From a virus (lineage: Duplodnaviria > Caudoviricetes): a stretch of DNA of 36,763 nucleotides. Under the pieces are notes generated by a model that was given only the letters and a program-made list of their open reading frames with translations, did no database searches and was not told the DNA's origin. The stretch covers positions 1 through 36,763 of the IMG/VR virus record IMGVR_UViG_3300048576_000532. The stretch is one strand, 5' to 3'. This document shows, piece after piece, positions 23,992 to 32,093 of this stretch (position 1 is its first letter; every line of letters starts with the position of its first letter). The position numbers were made by a program, and so were the translations under genes.

Positions 23992-25852
23992 CAGCTCCAG
24001 CACAAGCATTGACCCGGCCGTCCAGCAGAACGCCTATACGGCGATGAATCAGGGCATGGCCGGCGCGTCGGCGTACCATCCCATTACGATTGCTAACCCG
24101 ACCGGGTTTACATCGCAGCAGCATGATGCGTTCGATCTGATTTCCAACTTGGGGAGCGTTACCAGTGGCTACGGCCAGAAGGCGGCGGACCTGAGTGACC
24201 AGATTTCCGCATTCAAGCCGAAGGACATCACGTACACGGGTTTCACGCCGGCCCAAGCTACGGGCGACTACAGCTATACGCCGGTCACGAGTCTCGATAA
24301 GGGCCAGGCGATCGTAGATTCGTACTACGACAAAGCGAAGTCCTCGGCACCGGACTTGAGCGTGCTCAAAGACTGGGCGCTGAACAATTCGGGTGTGGAC
24401 ATCTCCGGCGTAAACTTCGGCGGGGCCGGAAACGCGGTAGCGGCGACAGCGGAGGCTGCGAAGGCGAACCGTAGTGACATTCGCGACGTGAAGGCCGGCA
24501 TGACGCCGGACCTGCTGGCCAAGTACATGGCTGCGGCAGACCCGAGCTACACGCAGCCGCTCATCGCGGCACAAACCGCAACGCTGGACCGGGCCCGACA
24601 GATCGCAATGCAGCAGGACGCCGCCGCGGCGGCCAGCGCCGGGGCCTTTGGCGGCAGTCGCCAGGGCACCGTGGAGGCCGGTACGAACCGGGCCTACCTG
24701 GACAGCGTGAACACCGCTACGGGCGATATCACATACAAGACGTACCAGGACATGCTCGGCGCGCTTCAGAAGGATCTGGACCGTCAGCTTACTGCGGACA
24801 CGACAAACCAGGGTGTAGACCAGAATGTCGTGCTGGCCAACTCGGGCTATCAGCAGCAGGCGAACATCGCGAACGCGAACAATCAGACGTCCGTTTCGCA
24901 GAGCAATGCCGCCATTGGCGCGCAGGCTGCCGCTCAAGCTGCGTCCCTTCAGGCGCAGGCCGCGCTCGCCAAATACAACATGACGGGGCAGATGCTCTCC
25001 AGTTGGGGTAATGCGGCAAACCAGCAGTACGGCATCAACATGGACGCGGCGGGCAAGCAGTCGGGTCTCGTGGGTAGTTTCCTAACGAACGACACGAACG
25101 CCCAGAACGCGGCCGGTGCATCGAACGCGCAGAGCCGCTACAACGCGGATACGTTCAACGCGAACCAGTACAACAATTCGATGGCCCAGCAGGGCCAGCT
25201 CGGCGTGAACGCGCAGACAGCGGACGCGCAGAACTGGCAGAACTACGGGAACTGGCTGAACCAGGCGGCCAGCACGCAGATGGGGCTGGGGACCGAGGCC
25301 CAGAACCAGCAGATTACGCAGGCCAACGCCCTGTTCAACGCGGGTGAGGTGCAGCGCCAGATGGGCGATGCAACGAACAACGTTGCCTATCAGAACCAGT
25401 ACAACGAAATGATGGCGCCTTACGTCCAGGCCATGATGATGCAGGGCGCGCTCAGCATTCCCTACGGCACGTCAAGCACGGGAACCAGCACGACCCAGCA
25501 GAGCACGAACTGGGCGTCTATGCTGGGCCAGATGATGCAGGGCGGCGCGGCGCTCGCGCCCCTTTTCACGTCGGACAGGCGGCTGAAAAAGGACGTGGCC
25601 CCGATTGAAAACCCACTTGCCGCGGTGAAAAAGCTCAACGGTGTTAACTATCGGTGGAAGGCCGACGGCCGCCCGGACACGGGACTGCTGGCGCAGGACG
25701 TCCAGAAGGCCGTCCCGAACGGTGCCGTAGACGTGGGGGGCGTGCTGCGCGTCTCCGCGCCGGCCGTGCTCGGCCTGTTGACTGAGGCGGTGAAGGCGCT
25801 CGACGCCAAGATTGACGGGCAGGCCGGAAAGGCCACACGGAGGAAGGCATGA
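23963..25852 (+). CDS. Ejection / DNA-transfer protein with C-terminal peptidase S74 autocleaving chaperone domain
   Basis: MGG-T/S-rich start, GAFGGSR motif, Q/N/A-rich body, SDRRLKKD...G..AQDV C-terminal domain. Confidence 0.8.
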   Translation: MGGTKTTTNSSSSTSIDPAVQQNAYTAMNQGMAGASAYHPITIANPTGFTSQQHDAFDLISNLGSVTSGYGQKAADLSDQISAFKPKDITYTGFTPAQATGDYSYTPVTSLDKGQAIVDSYYDKAKSSAPDLSVLKDWALNNSGVDISGVNFGGAGNAVAATAEAAKANRSDIRDVKAGMTPDLLAKYMAAADPSYTQPLIAAQTATLDRARQIAMQQDAAAAASAGAFGGSRQGTVEAGTNRAYLDSVNTATGDITYKTYQDMLGALQKDLDRQLTADTTNQGVDQNVVLANSGYQQQANIANANNQTSVSQSNAAIGAQAAAQAASLQAQAALAKYNMTGQMLSSWGNAANQQYGINMDAAGKQSGLVGSFLTNDTNAQNAAGASNAQSRYNADTFNANQYNNSMAQQGQLGVNAQTADAQNWQNYGNWLNQAASTQMGLGTEAQNQQITQANALFNAGEVQRQMGDATNNVAYQNQYNEMMAPYVQAMMMQGALSIPYGTSSTGTSTTQQSTNWASMLGQMMQGGAALAPLFTSDRRLKKDVAPIENPLAAVKKLNGVNYRWKADGRPDTGLLAQDVQKAVPNGAVDVGGVLRVSAPAVLGLLTEAVKALDAKIDGQAGKATRRKA

Positions 25853-26271
25853 ACGTTCCGCTCACGATGGCGATGTTGCAGAACCAAGGCGGGCTCGGGG
25901 GGCTGGGCGGCGTGCCCCAGACCGCCCAGCCGTACAATATCGACGAAATGATCGGGCCCAACGACCCGGGCGTCCAGGCGCTGAACCGGCAGTACGCCCA
26001 GATGCAGCAGGCCCAGAAGGTGACGGACGCCATGTCTCAGCTTGGCGGCCTGGCGCAACAGATGGGCCAGCAACAGCCGCAGATGGGTGCGTCCCCCGTG
26101 ATGAGCGCGCCCGCGCCGAACAGGATGAACGGCGGAAACGCCGTTACGCAGCAGATCGGCGCGGGGCTCCAGCAGCAAATGATGGGCGGCGTCAGCCCGC
26201 AGGCGCAGGCTCAAGCCAGGCCCAATAACTTCCAGGCGTTGATGCAGCAGCGGATGTTCGGCGGGAGGTAA
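25849..26271 (+). CDS. Gln/Met/Gly-rich internal virion protein
   Basis: ATGA coupling, low-complexity composition, position in the ejection cluster. Confidence 0.7.
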   Translation: MNVPLTMAMLQNQGGLGGLGGVPQTAQPYNIDEMIGPNDPGVQALNRQYAQMQQAQKVTDAMSQLGGLAQQMGQQQPQMGASPVMSAPAPNRMNGGNAVTQQIGAGLQQQMMGGVSPQAQAQARPNNFQALMQQRMFGGR

Positions 26272-26273
26272 GC

Positions 26274-27638
26274 ATGGGCTTGCTCGACTACGACGAGTAC
26301 GACGATCCCGACGGGTTGGGTGACGGCGCCGCGCCGTCCGGCGGCGTCATTGCGCCGGCGGCTGTCGCGGTGGCCAAGAAGAAGCGCGGCGGGCTGCTCG
26401 GCCTACTGGCTGCCGCCGGGCAACACGTCTCTCACGGGCTGGACAACTTCATCGACACGTCCGCGTCGGCCGGGATGCCGGGCTATGACCCATCGCTCCT
26501 CGACAGCCGCCAGCGATCGGCGCTGAAGTGGAAGTATCTGGCCGACCTGGGGCGCGGAATCGCTGGCGGCGCGCCGGCCCTGCCGCTGGACACTGTAGGT
26601 CAGCAGGCCGGTGCGATGGCCGCGCAGCGGTACGCGCTCCAGCGCCAGCAGGTTCTCAACGCCGCGGCGGGCCGTATCATGGGCTCGGACATGCAGCCCC
26701 ACGAGAAGTACGGGCAGATGTCCCAGCTCTTCGCGAGCATCGGCGACGTGGAGAAGGCCAACACGTATGGCAAGCTGTCCCACGACTTGACGCCTGCTCA
26801 CGATGAGTTCGGGGCCGCGCAGTTCGGGCGCGACGCGCAGGGCAACCCCATCGCGTTCCAGGTATCCAAGGACGGCCGGACGCGCGTCATGAACGGTGTG
26901 TTGCCGCAGGCCCAGACGCAGGTTGTCAACACCGGTGGCGCGCAGAATCTCATCGACACGCAGACTGGCCGCCCCATTGCCCAGTTCGGCAACACGGTCA
27001 GCCCCGATACGCAGCAGACCAATGACGTGCGACGCGACGAGATGGCGCAGCGCGGCCAGCAGTTCCGCCAGCAGCTCGACGAGACGATCCGCAATAACAG
27101 CCAGCAGAACGGGCTCGGCTGGGCGAACGTAGGGTTGGGCCGTGATCGGCTCACGCAGGAGGGCCAACTCGGGAATCGTCGCATTGACGTCGAACAGCAG
27201 AACGGCCAACGCTCGGCCATGCAGCCGATTGCCCACCAACTCGACGCGGTTGTCCAGTTTCAGGAAGCGCTCGACGATTACGCCAAAACGCTGCAATCGC
27301 TCGGGACGCAAGCGATGCCCACGACGGAAGCCAAGGCGTTGCTCCAGAGCCAGCACAAAACCGTCCAAATGCTCGGCAAAAATTACTTCCAGCTTGGCGT
27401 GCTGAGTGACAGCGACGCGAAACTGCTGAACGGCGTTCTCACGGACCCCACCACTTTCATGGGCAGCTTGACCGGCCGGAACGCCATCCTAAAGCAGGCT
27501 TCAGCGTTCCGGGGTATGCTGGACGGCCGCGAGGCCCACCTCCGGAACGTCCTTCAGAACGGCATCCAAGGCGTTCGGGCGACGCAGCACCAGCTCTGGG
27601 AGAAGGACGGCAACGGCAATCTGGTGAGGGTCTACTAA
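26274..27638 (+). CDS. Internal virion / ejection protein
   Basis: GGAGGT RBS, MGLLD start, Q/G/A-rich. Confidence 0.75.
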   Translation: MGLLDYDEYDDPDGLGDGAAPSGGVIAPAAVAVAKKKRGGLLGLLAAAGQHVSHGLDNFIDTSASAGMPGYDPSLLDSRQRSALKWKYLADLGRGIAGGAPALPLDTVGQQAGAMAAQRYALQRQQVLNAAAGRIMGSDMQPHEKYGQMSQLFASIGDVEKANTYGKLSHDLTPAHDEFGAAQFGRDAQGNPIAFQVSKDGRTRVMNGVLPQAQTQVVNTGGAQNLIDTQTGRPIAQFGNTVSPDTQQTNDVRRDEMAQRGQQFRQQLDETIRNNSQQNGLGWANVGLGRDRLTQEGQLGNRRIDVEQQNGQRSAMQPIAHQLDAVVQFQEALDDYAKTLQSLGTQAMPTTEAKALLQSQHKTVQMLGKNYFQLGVLSDSDAKLLNGVLTDPTTFMGSLTGRNAILKQASAFRGMLDGREAHLRNVLQNGIQGVRATQHQLWEKDGNGNLVRVY

Positions 27639-29551
27639 TGCCTATCAACGTGGTATTCAACGGGGAGAACATCCCGTTCCCCGACGGCACGCCGGACAGC
27701 ACAATTCAGGCCGAGCTGTCCAAGCGGGCCGCGCAGGGCGCGCAGGACAACGCGGCCGGCCTGGCCTCTGGCCTTGCGCGCTCCGCCGGGCAGGGGCTCA
27801 CGTTCGGCTTCGGAGATGAGATCACCGCGGGCGTTCGGTCCCTGATGGGCGAGAAGTACGATGCGGCCCTGGCCGACGAACGCCAGAAGCTCCACGCCTT
27901 CCAGCGGGAGCACCCGGTTGCCAGCATGGGCGCCGAACTGGTCGGCGGCGCGCCACTTATGCTCATTCCTGGCATGGGTGTAGCCAAGGGCGCGGGCATG
28001 GCCGGGAACATGCTTCGCATGGCCGGGACTGGCGCCGTATACGGCGCGCTGAATGGGCTGGGAACTGGCGAAGGAATCGAGGATAGGCTGGCCCGCGCCA
28101 AGCGTGGCACCATCGCCGGCGGCCTGCTGGGCGGCGCCATGCCGCCGGTGGCCGCCGGCGCCGGCAAGGTGGCGCAGCTCGCCGCCGACTACGGGAGCGT
28201 CATCCCGGGCGTGCGCTGGGCCACCAGTCGCCTACCAGGCGCGACGGCGCCGGGTGCCGAGCGCGGCGGGCAGAAGGCCCTCGAAGCGATCCAGCGCGAC
28301 GGCTTGACGCTCGACGACGTGGAACAACGTCTGCAAGCCGGGGCGCAGATGGGCAAGCCGATGGCCGTTGCCGACGTCGGCGGCGCCAACACGCACGGCC
28401 TGGCCGACGCGGCCATGCTGACGCCGAGCGCCGCGCGCGGCGCAGCGGCGGACGCACTGCAAGAGCGCGCCGCCAACCAGCCGGAGCGCATCTGGACGGA
28501 CCTCCGCCAGCATAGCGGCGTCAATCAGTCGGATGCCTACGCCCTGGCCCAGCAGATTGCCGAGCGGCGTCAAGCCGCCGCTGCGCCGCTGTACGCGCAG
28601 GCTTATTCGGCCGGGGACGCGCCGATTGTGGACCCCGAGCTATTGAAAATTCTCGGTATGCCGCACATTGGCGACGCCTTCAAGTCGGCGCAGCGAATCG
28701 CGACCCTGGAGGGAACCGCACTCCCCCAGATCGCGACGGCCGACGGCCGCATTTCCCAACCCCCGAACCTCCAGACGTGGGACTACATTAAGCGGGGCCT
28801 CGACGACCTGCTCTATCAGGGCAAGCGCCAGGGTTCACTAGGCCGAACCGAAATGCGCGCGCTCGGCGACGTACGTAAGCAGATGGTGGACAGGCTCGAC
28901 ACCATGTTCCCCGACTATGCCAAGGCCCGCAGCGTTTACGCCGGTGACACTCGACTGCTGGACGCGATGGAGCAGGGCGCTGACTTCGACACCTTGGACC
29001 CGCGCGCGATCAAGGATCTGCTCGATACCGAGTTCACTAACCCGTCCGAGCGCCAGCATTTCCTACTTGGCGCGATTGACGGGCTGAAGCAGAAGATTAG
29101 CCAGGCCCCCGACGGCGCCGACATCTACAAGCGGGTTTTCGGCTCGGACTGGAAACGGCAGCAGCTTCGCGAGCTGTTCCCGTCGCAAGACGCCTTTGAC
29201 AAGTTCCAGCAGGCCATGAGCGCCGAGAAGGCCATGCGGATTACGCAGGACGCCGTTAACGGCAACTCGAAGACCGCTCTCCGGGCGTCCAACCTGGCCG
29301 ATATTTCCACGGGCACAACGTCACACCTGGACCCCGTACACATGTTGTGGGGCAACTTTGAGCAGGCAGTTCGGCGCAAAGTGCAAGCCGCGAACTCCCA
29401 GGCCATCGTGCCCCTACTGCTGGACACCAAAGACCCGCAGGCGCAGCTCCAGGCGCTCCGGGGCATTGCGGACCGGGTCACGCGGCGGGGCGCACGGCCG
29501 TACCGATCCGCGCCCATCACCGGCCTACTGGCGGGCCAGTACCCCGACTGA
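27638..29551 (+). CDS. Large ejection (DNA transfer) protein
   Basis: FPDGT N-terminus, GQGLTFGFGDEI motif, Gly-rich membrane-like segment, GNS.TA motif. Confidence 0.8.
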   Translation: MPINVVFNGENIPFPDGTPDSTIQAELSKRAAQGAQDNAAGLASGLARSAGQGLTFGFGDEITAGVRSLMGEKYDAALADERQKLHAFQREHPVASMGAELVGGAPLMLIPGMGVAKGAGMAGNMLRMAGTGAVYGALNGLGTGEGIEDRLARAKRGTIAGGLLGGAMPPVAAGAGKVAQLAADYGSVIPGVRWATSRLPGATAPGAERGGQKALEAIQRDGLTLDDVEQRLQAGAQMGKPMAVADVGGANTHGLADAAMLTPSAARGAAADALQERAANQPERIWTDLRQHSGVNQSDAYALAQQIAERRQAAAAPLYAQAYSAGDAPIVDPELLKILGMPHIGDAFKSAQRIATLEGTALPQIATADGRISQPPNLQTWDYIKRGLDDLLYQGKRQGSLGRTEMRALGDVRKQMVDRLDTMFPDYAKARSVYAGDTRLLDAMEQGADFDTLDPRAIKDLLDTEFTNPSERQHFLLGAIDGLKQKISQAPDGADIYKRVFGSDWKRQQLRELFPSQDAFDKFQQAMSAEKAMRITQDAVNGNSKTALRASNLADISTGTTSHLDPVHMLWGNFEQAVRRKVQAANSQAIVPLLLDTKDPQAQLQALRGIADRVTRRGARPYRSAPITGLLAGQYPD

Positions 29552-30114
29552 TGCGGCCCTGGATTTTATGCGGCCTCGTCGCCCTGGCGCTGACGCGGCC
29601 GTCGGGCCCGGAAAGCGGGCCGGAATTACTGACCGAGGACAACATGACCAGAGACCAGATTATTGACAAGATCGCGCACGCGAACGCCCAGATGGAGGGC
29701 TACAACGTCACCGAGGCGGAGGCGAAAGCGCGCGGCATTTCCTACCCGACCACGGCCCTCAAGCACGCCAACCCGGGCAACATCCGCGCGTGGGCCGATG
29801 CGCACGGCCGGCCGTACCCGCAGGCCCACGGCTACGTGGACTTCGTGGCTTGGGCCGCCCAGCAGTTTCCAGGCCTGCCACGCGAGGAGATGAGCGCCAG
29901 GGCTACGGCTGAAGGCTGGCGTGTGCTACGGGTGTTGATTTCGTGCTACCTGGACGGCAAGTACACGGAGGGCAAGCCGCCGACCGTGCGCCAGATGTAC
30001 GCCAAGTACGCGCCGGCGGCGGACGCAAACGACCCGAATTCTTACGCCGGCCACGTCGCCGCGGCGCTCGGTATCCACCCGGATACGAAAATCAGCGACC
30101 TGATTACGGCCTGA
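29551..30114 (+). CDS. Putative endolysin (lysozyme-like fold)
   Basis: MEG, NPGNI, F...EGW, YAP..D.NDP..YA..VA..LG motifs; adjacent to the holin. Alternative start at 29644. Confidence 0.7.
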   Translation: MRPWILCGLVALALTRPSGPESGPELLTEDNMTRDQIIDKIAHANAQMEGYNVTEAEAKARGISYPTTALKHANPGNIRAWADAHGRPYPQAHGYVDFVAWAAQQFPGLPREEMSARATAEGWRVLRVLISCYLDGKYTEGKPPTVRQMYAKYAPAADANDPNSYAGHVAAALGIHPDTKISDLITA

Positions 30115-30142
30115 AGTTCGGGTGCCCCGAGAATGGGGACAG

Positions 30143-30808
30143 ATGAGAGCGCGGGACAGTGCGGCCGTTTGCCTGATGGCGACGGCCGCAATTTGTCTCG
30201 GGCTACTGACCTATCGAACGCTGGCGCTGCTGGACGATGTACGCCTGGAGCTGAAGGCAACGGCCGCCGTGATGCGCGCCGCGCCGGACCGACTCACCGC
30301 CGCAGCGCGCGACGAGCTGGACACCACCCGGCGCGAAACGCTCGCGGAAGCCCGCCGCCAGGGTGACCTACTGAGAAACCAGTTGGACACCCGCCTGGCC
30401 AGTATCGAGGCCAAGGCGGACACTCACGCCGGCGCCCTGGTGGGCAGCGTGTCCACGGTAGCCGGCCAGTACGGCGCCCTGGCGGACCGCTATCGAGCCA
30501 TCCCCGACCAAGCGGCCTATGCGAACCGCTGGCTCTGGGACTGCGGCCATTACTCGGCCTGCCTGCAATCCCAAACACTGGCGCTCACCGGGAGCGCCCG
30601 GGTTACGCTGGGGTCCGTTGCGCGGGCCGCGCCGAGCGTAGCGGCGAGCGTTCAAAAATCCTCTGAGGCATTCGCGGCCGGTTTCCCGCGCATCGTGGAC
30701 AACACGGACGGCGTGCTCGACAACGTGCGCCGGTTGACGAAACCGCACTGGTACGACCGGCTCATTAACGGCGGCATTACCGCCGGAATTTTCGCAATCG
30801 GGAGGTGA
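30143..30808 (+). CDS. Membrane-anchored coiled-coil lysis-cassette protein (spanin-like candidate)
   Basis: N-terminal TM, long helical region, Cys pair; lies between endolysin and holin. Confidence 0.5.
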   Translation: MRARDSAAVCLMATAAICLGLLTYRTLALLDDVRLELKATAAVMRAAPDRLTAAARDELDTTRRETLAEARRQGDLLRNQLDTRLASIEAKADTHAGALVGSVSTVAGQYGALADRYRAIPDQAAYANRWLWDCGHYSACLQSQTLALTGSARVTLGSVARAAPSVAASVQKSSEAFAAGFPRIVDNTDGVLDNVRRLTKPHWYDRLINGGITAGIFAIGR

Positions 30809-30809
30809 A

Positions 30810-31244
30810 ATGAGCGACTTGCTCATTCGGTCTTTGAAGTTCGCCGCCGGCGCCGCGGGGGCCTTTTTCTTGGGGCTGCACTGGATGATTCATCTGCTGC
30901 TGTACGCGATCCTGTTCGACGTGGCCACCGGCATGGTGGCTGCCTTTCAATCGGGAACGCTCAACTCCACGGTGTCGCGGGCTGGCGTGGCACGCAAAAT
31001 CCAAATGCTTCTCATGGTCGCGGCCTGCGAAGTCGTGAGCCGATACCTGCACATGGACATCGCGACGCCGTGGGGCGGCGTCTGGGGCTTGGGAGCCGGC
31101 GCGGCCGGCTACTACTGCGTGCATGAGGCCCTGAGTATCACGGAAAATCTCGGCCGCTCGGGCGTGCCCTTGCCGGGCTTCATCACCGCGCGACTCGAAA
31201 AACTGAAGGAAGAGACGGAGGTTGAAAGTGGGAAAATTCTTTAG
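30810..31244 (+). CDS. Phage holin (Phage_holin_4_1 / TcdE-like)
   Basis: D..TG...A.....L.S.....G..RK and E.LSI.ENLG..GVP.P motifs; TM segments. Confidence 0.88.
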   Translation: MSDLLIRSLKFAAGAAGAFFLGLHWMIHLLLYAILFDVATGMVAAFQSGTLNSTVSRAGVARKIQMLLMVAACEVVSRYLHMDIATPWGGVWGLGAGAAGYYCVHEALSITENLGRSGVPLPGFITARLEKLKEETEVESGKIL

Positions 31245-31569
31245 CAAACTGGCCGCGATGTTCGCGGCCCTGTTCGACGGCCGGTTCGGGAACGCTCTGC
31301 TGGCTGGCATCGAAAGGGCCGCGCCGTTCATGGACCAGGCGTACAACATCGTCAAGCTGGTGGCCGAGCTGACGCCGACCCGGGCCGACGACGAGATCCT
31401 GGCCGCGTGCGATAGGATGGGCGTGCCGGCGGTATTCGCGGCCGGCTCGGACAAGCCCGCGGCGTTGCGTTATATTGCGCTCGAAGCGCTGAAAAAGGCG
31501 TTCCCCCACGCGGAGGAACGCCAGTTGAACCGGGCCCTCGAAATTGCCTACGGCGCGCTGAAGCCCTAG
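31228..31569 (+). CDS. Amphipathic helical lysis-cassette protein
   Basis: GGAGGT RBS and GTG start; TP..ADD motif; last gene of the late operon. Confidence 0.7.
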   Translation: MGKFFSKLAAMFAALFDGRFGNALLAGIERAAPFMDQAYNIVKLVAELTPTRADDEILAACDRMGVPAVFAAGSDKPAALRYIALEALKKAFPHAEERQLNRALEIAYGALKP

Positions 31570-32093
31570 GTCCGCAGGCCGTTGGACGGCGCGTAGTTCA
31601 AGGCCGACCCACCGCCGGTCATGGTCATGGCCTCGGCCTGATTCAAGCACGCCGCCATGTGGCGCTGGGCCCGGATCTCCTCGGGCGTTGCACTCTTTTC
31701 GGGCCAGATGTACTTGGGCATGTCGTCCAGGTCCGTCCGGCCCGTTTCTTGGAAGTGCATGATGAACATGGCGTTCGCAATGAGCGCCGCCAGGTGGTCC
31801 TCGTCTTGTTCCCCCGCTGCGTACTTGGCCTGATGCCGACAGAGCGACGCCCAGCAATCTGAGAGCGGGATACCCTTCTCCCAGTTCCGGGCCTCATACT
31901 TCTCAGCGCCCATTGCCAGCCACCGGCCGACACGCAGCAGCATAAACGGGGAAATCAGGTCCGGCCGGGGTTTGCCCTTGGCCCGGTCCCGCACCGCACC
32001 GCTGGGGAATTTCCGCCGCTCCCCCGAGTCCTTCATCGCGAACTCTCTTTCGTAGGCCTCTTTGACTATCCGCTCCCTCTCTTCGTCCGTCAC
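31566..32093 (-). CDS. dATP/dGTP diphosphohydrolase-domain protein (DUF5664-like)
   Basis: KDSG.R..F.SGAVRD...GKPR.DLI, GA.KY..RNWEKG, RH, EDHLAA...NA motifs. GTG 32093 has a GGAGGT RBS and overlaps the primase stop. Confidence 0.85.
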   Translation of the reverse strand: MTDEERERIVKEAYEREFAMKDSGERRKFPSGAVRDRAKGKPRPDLISPFMLLRVGRWLAMGAEKYEARNWEKGIPLSDCWASLCRHQAKYAAGEQDEDHLAALIANAMFIMHFQETGRTDLDDMPKYIWPEKSATPEEIRAQRHMAACLNQAEAMTMTGGGSALNYAPSNGLRT

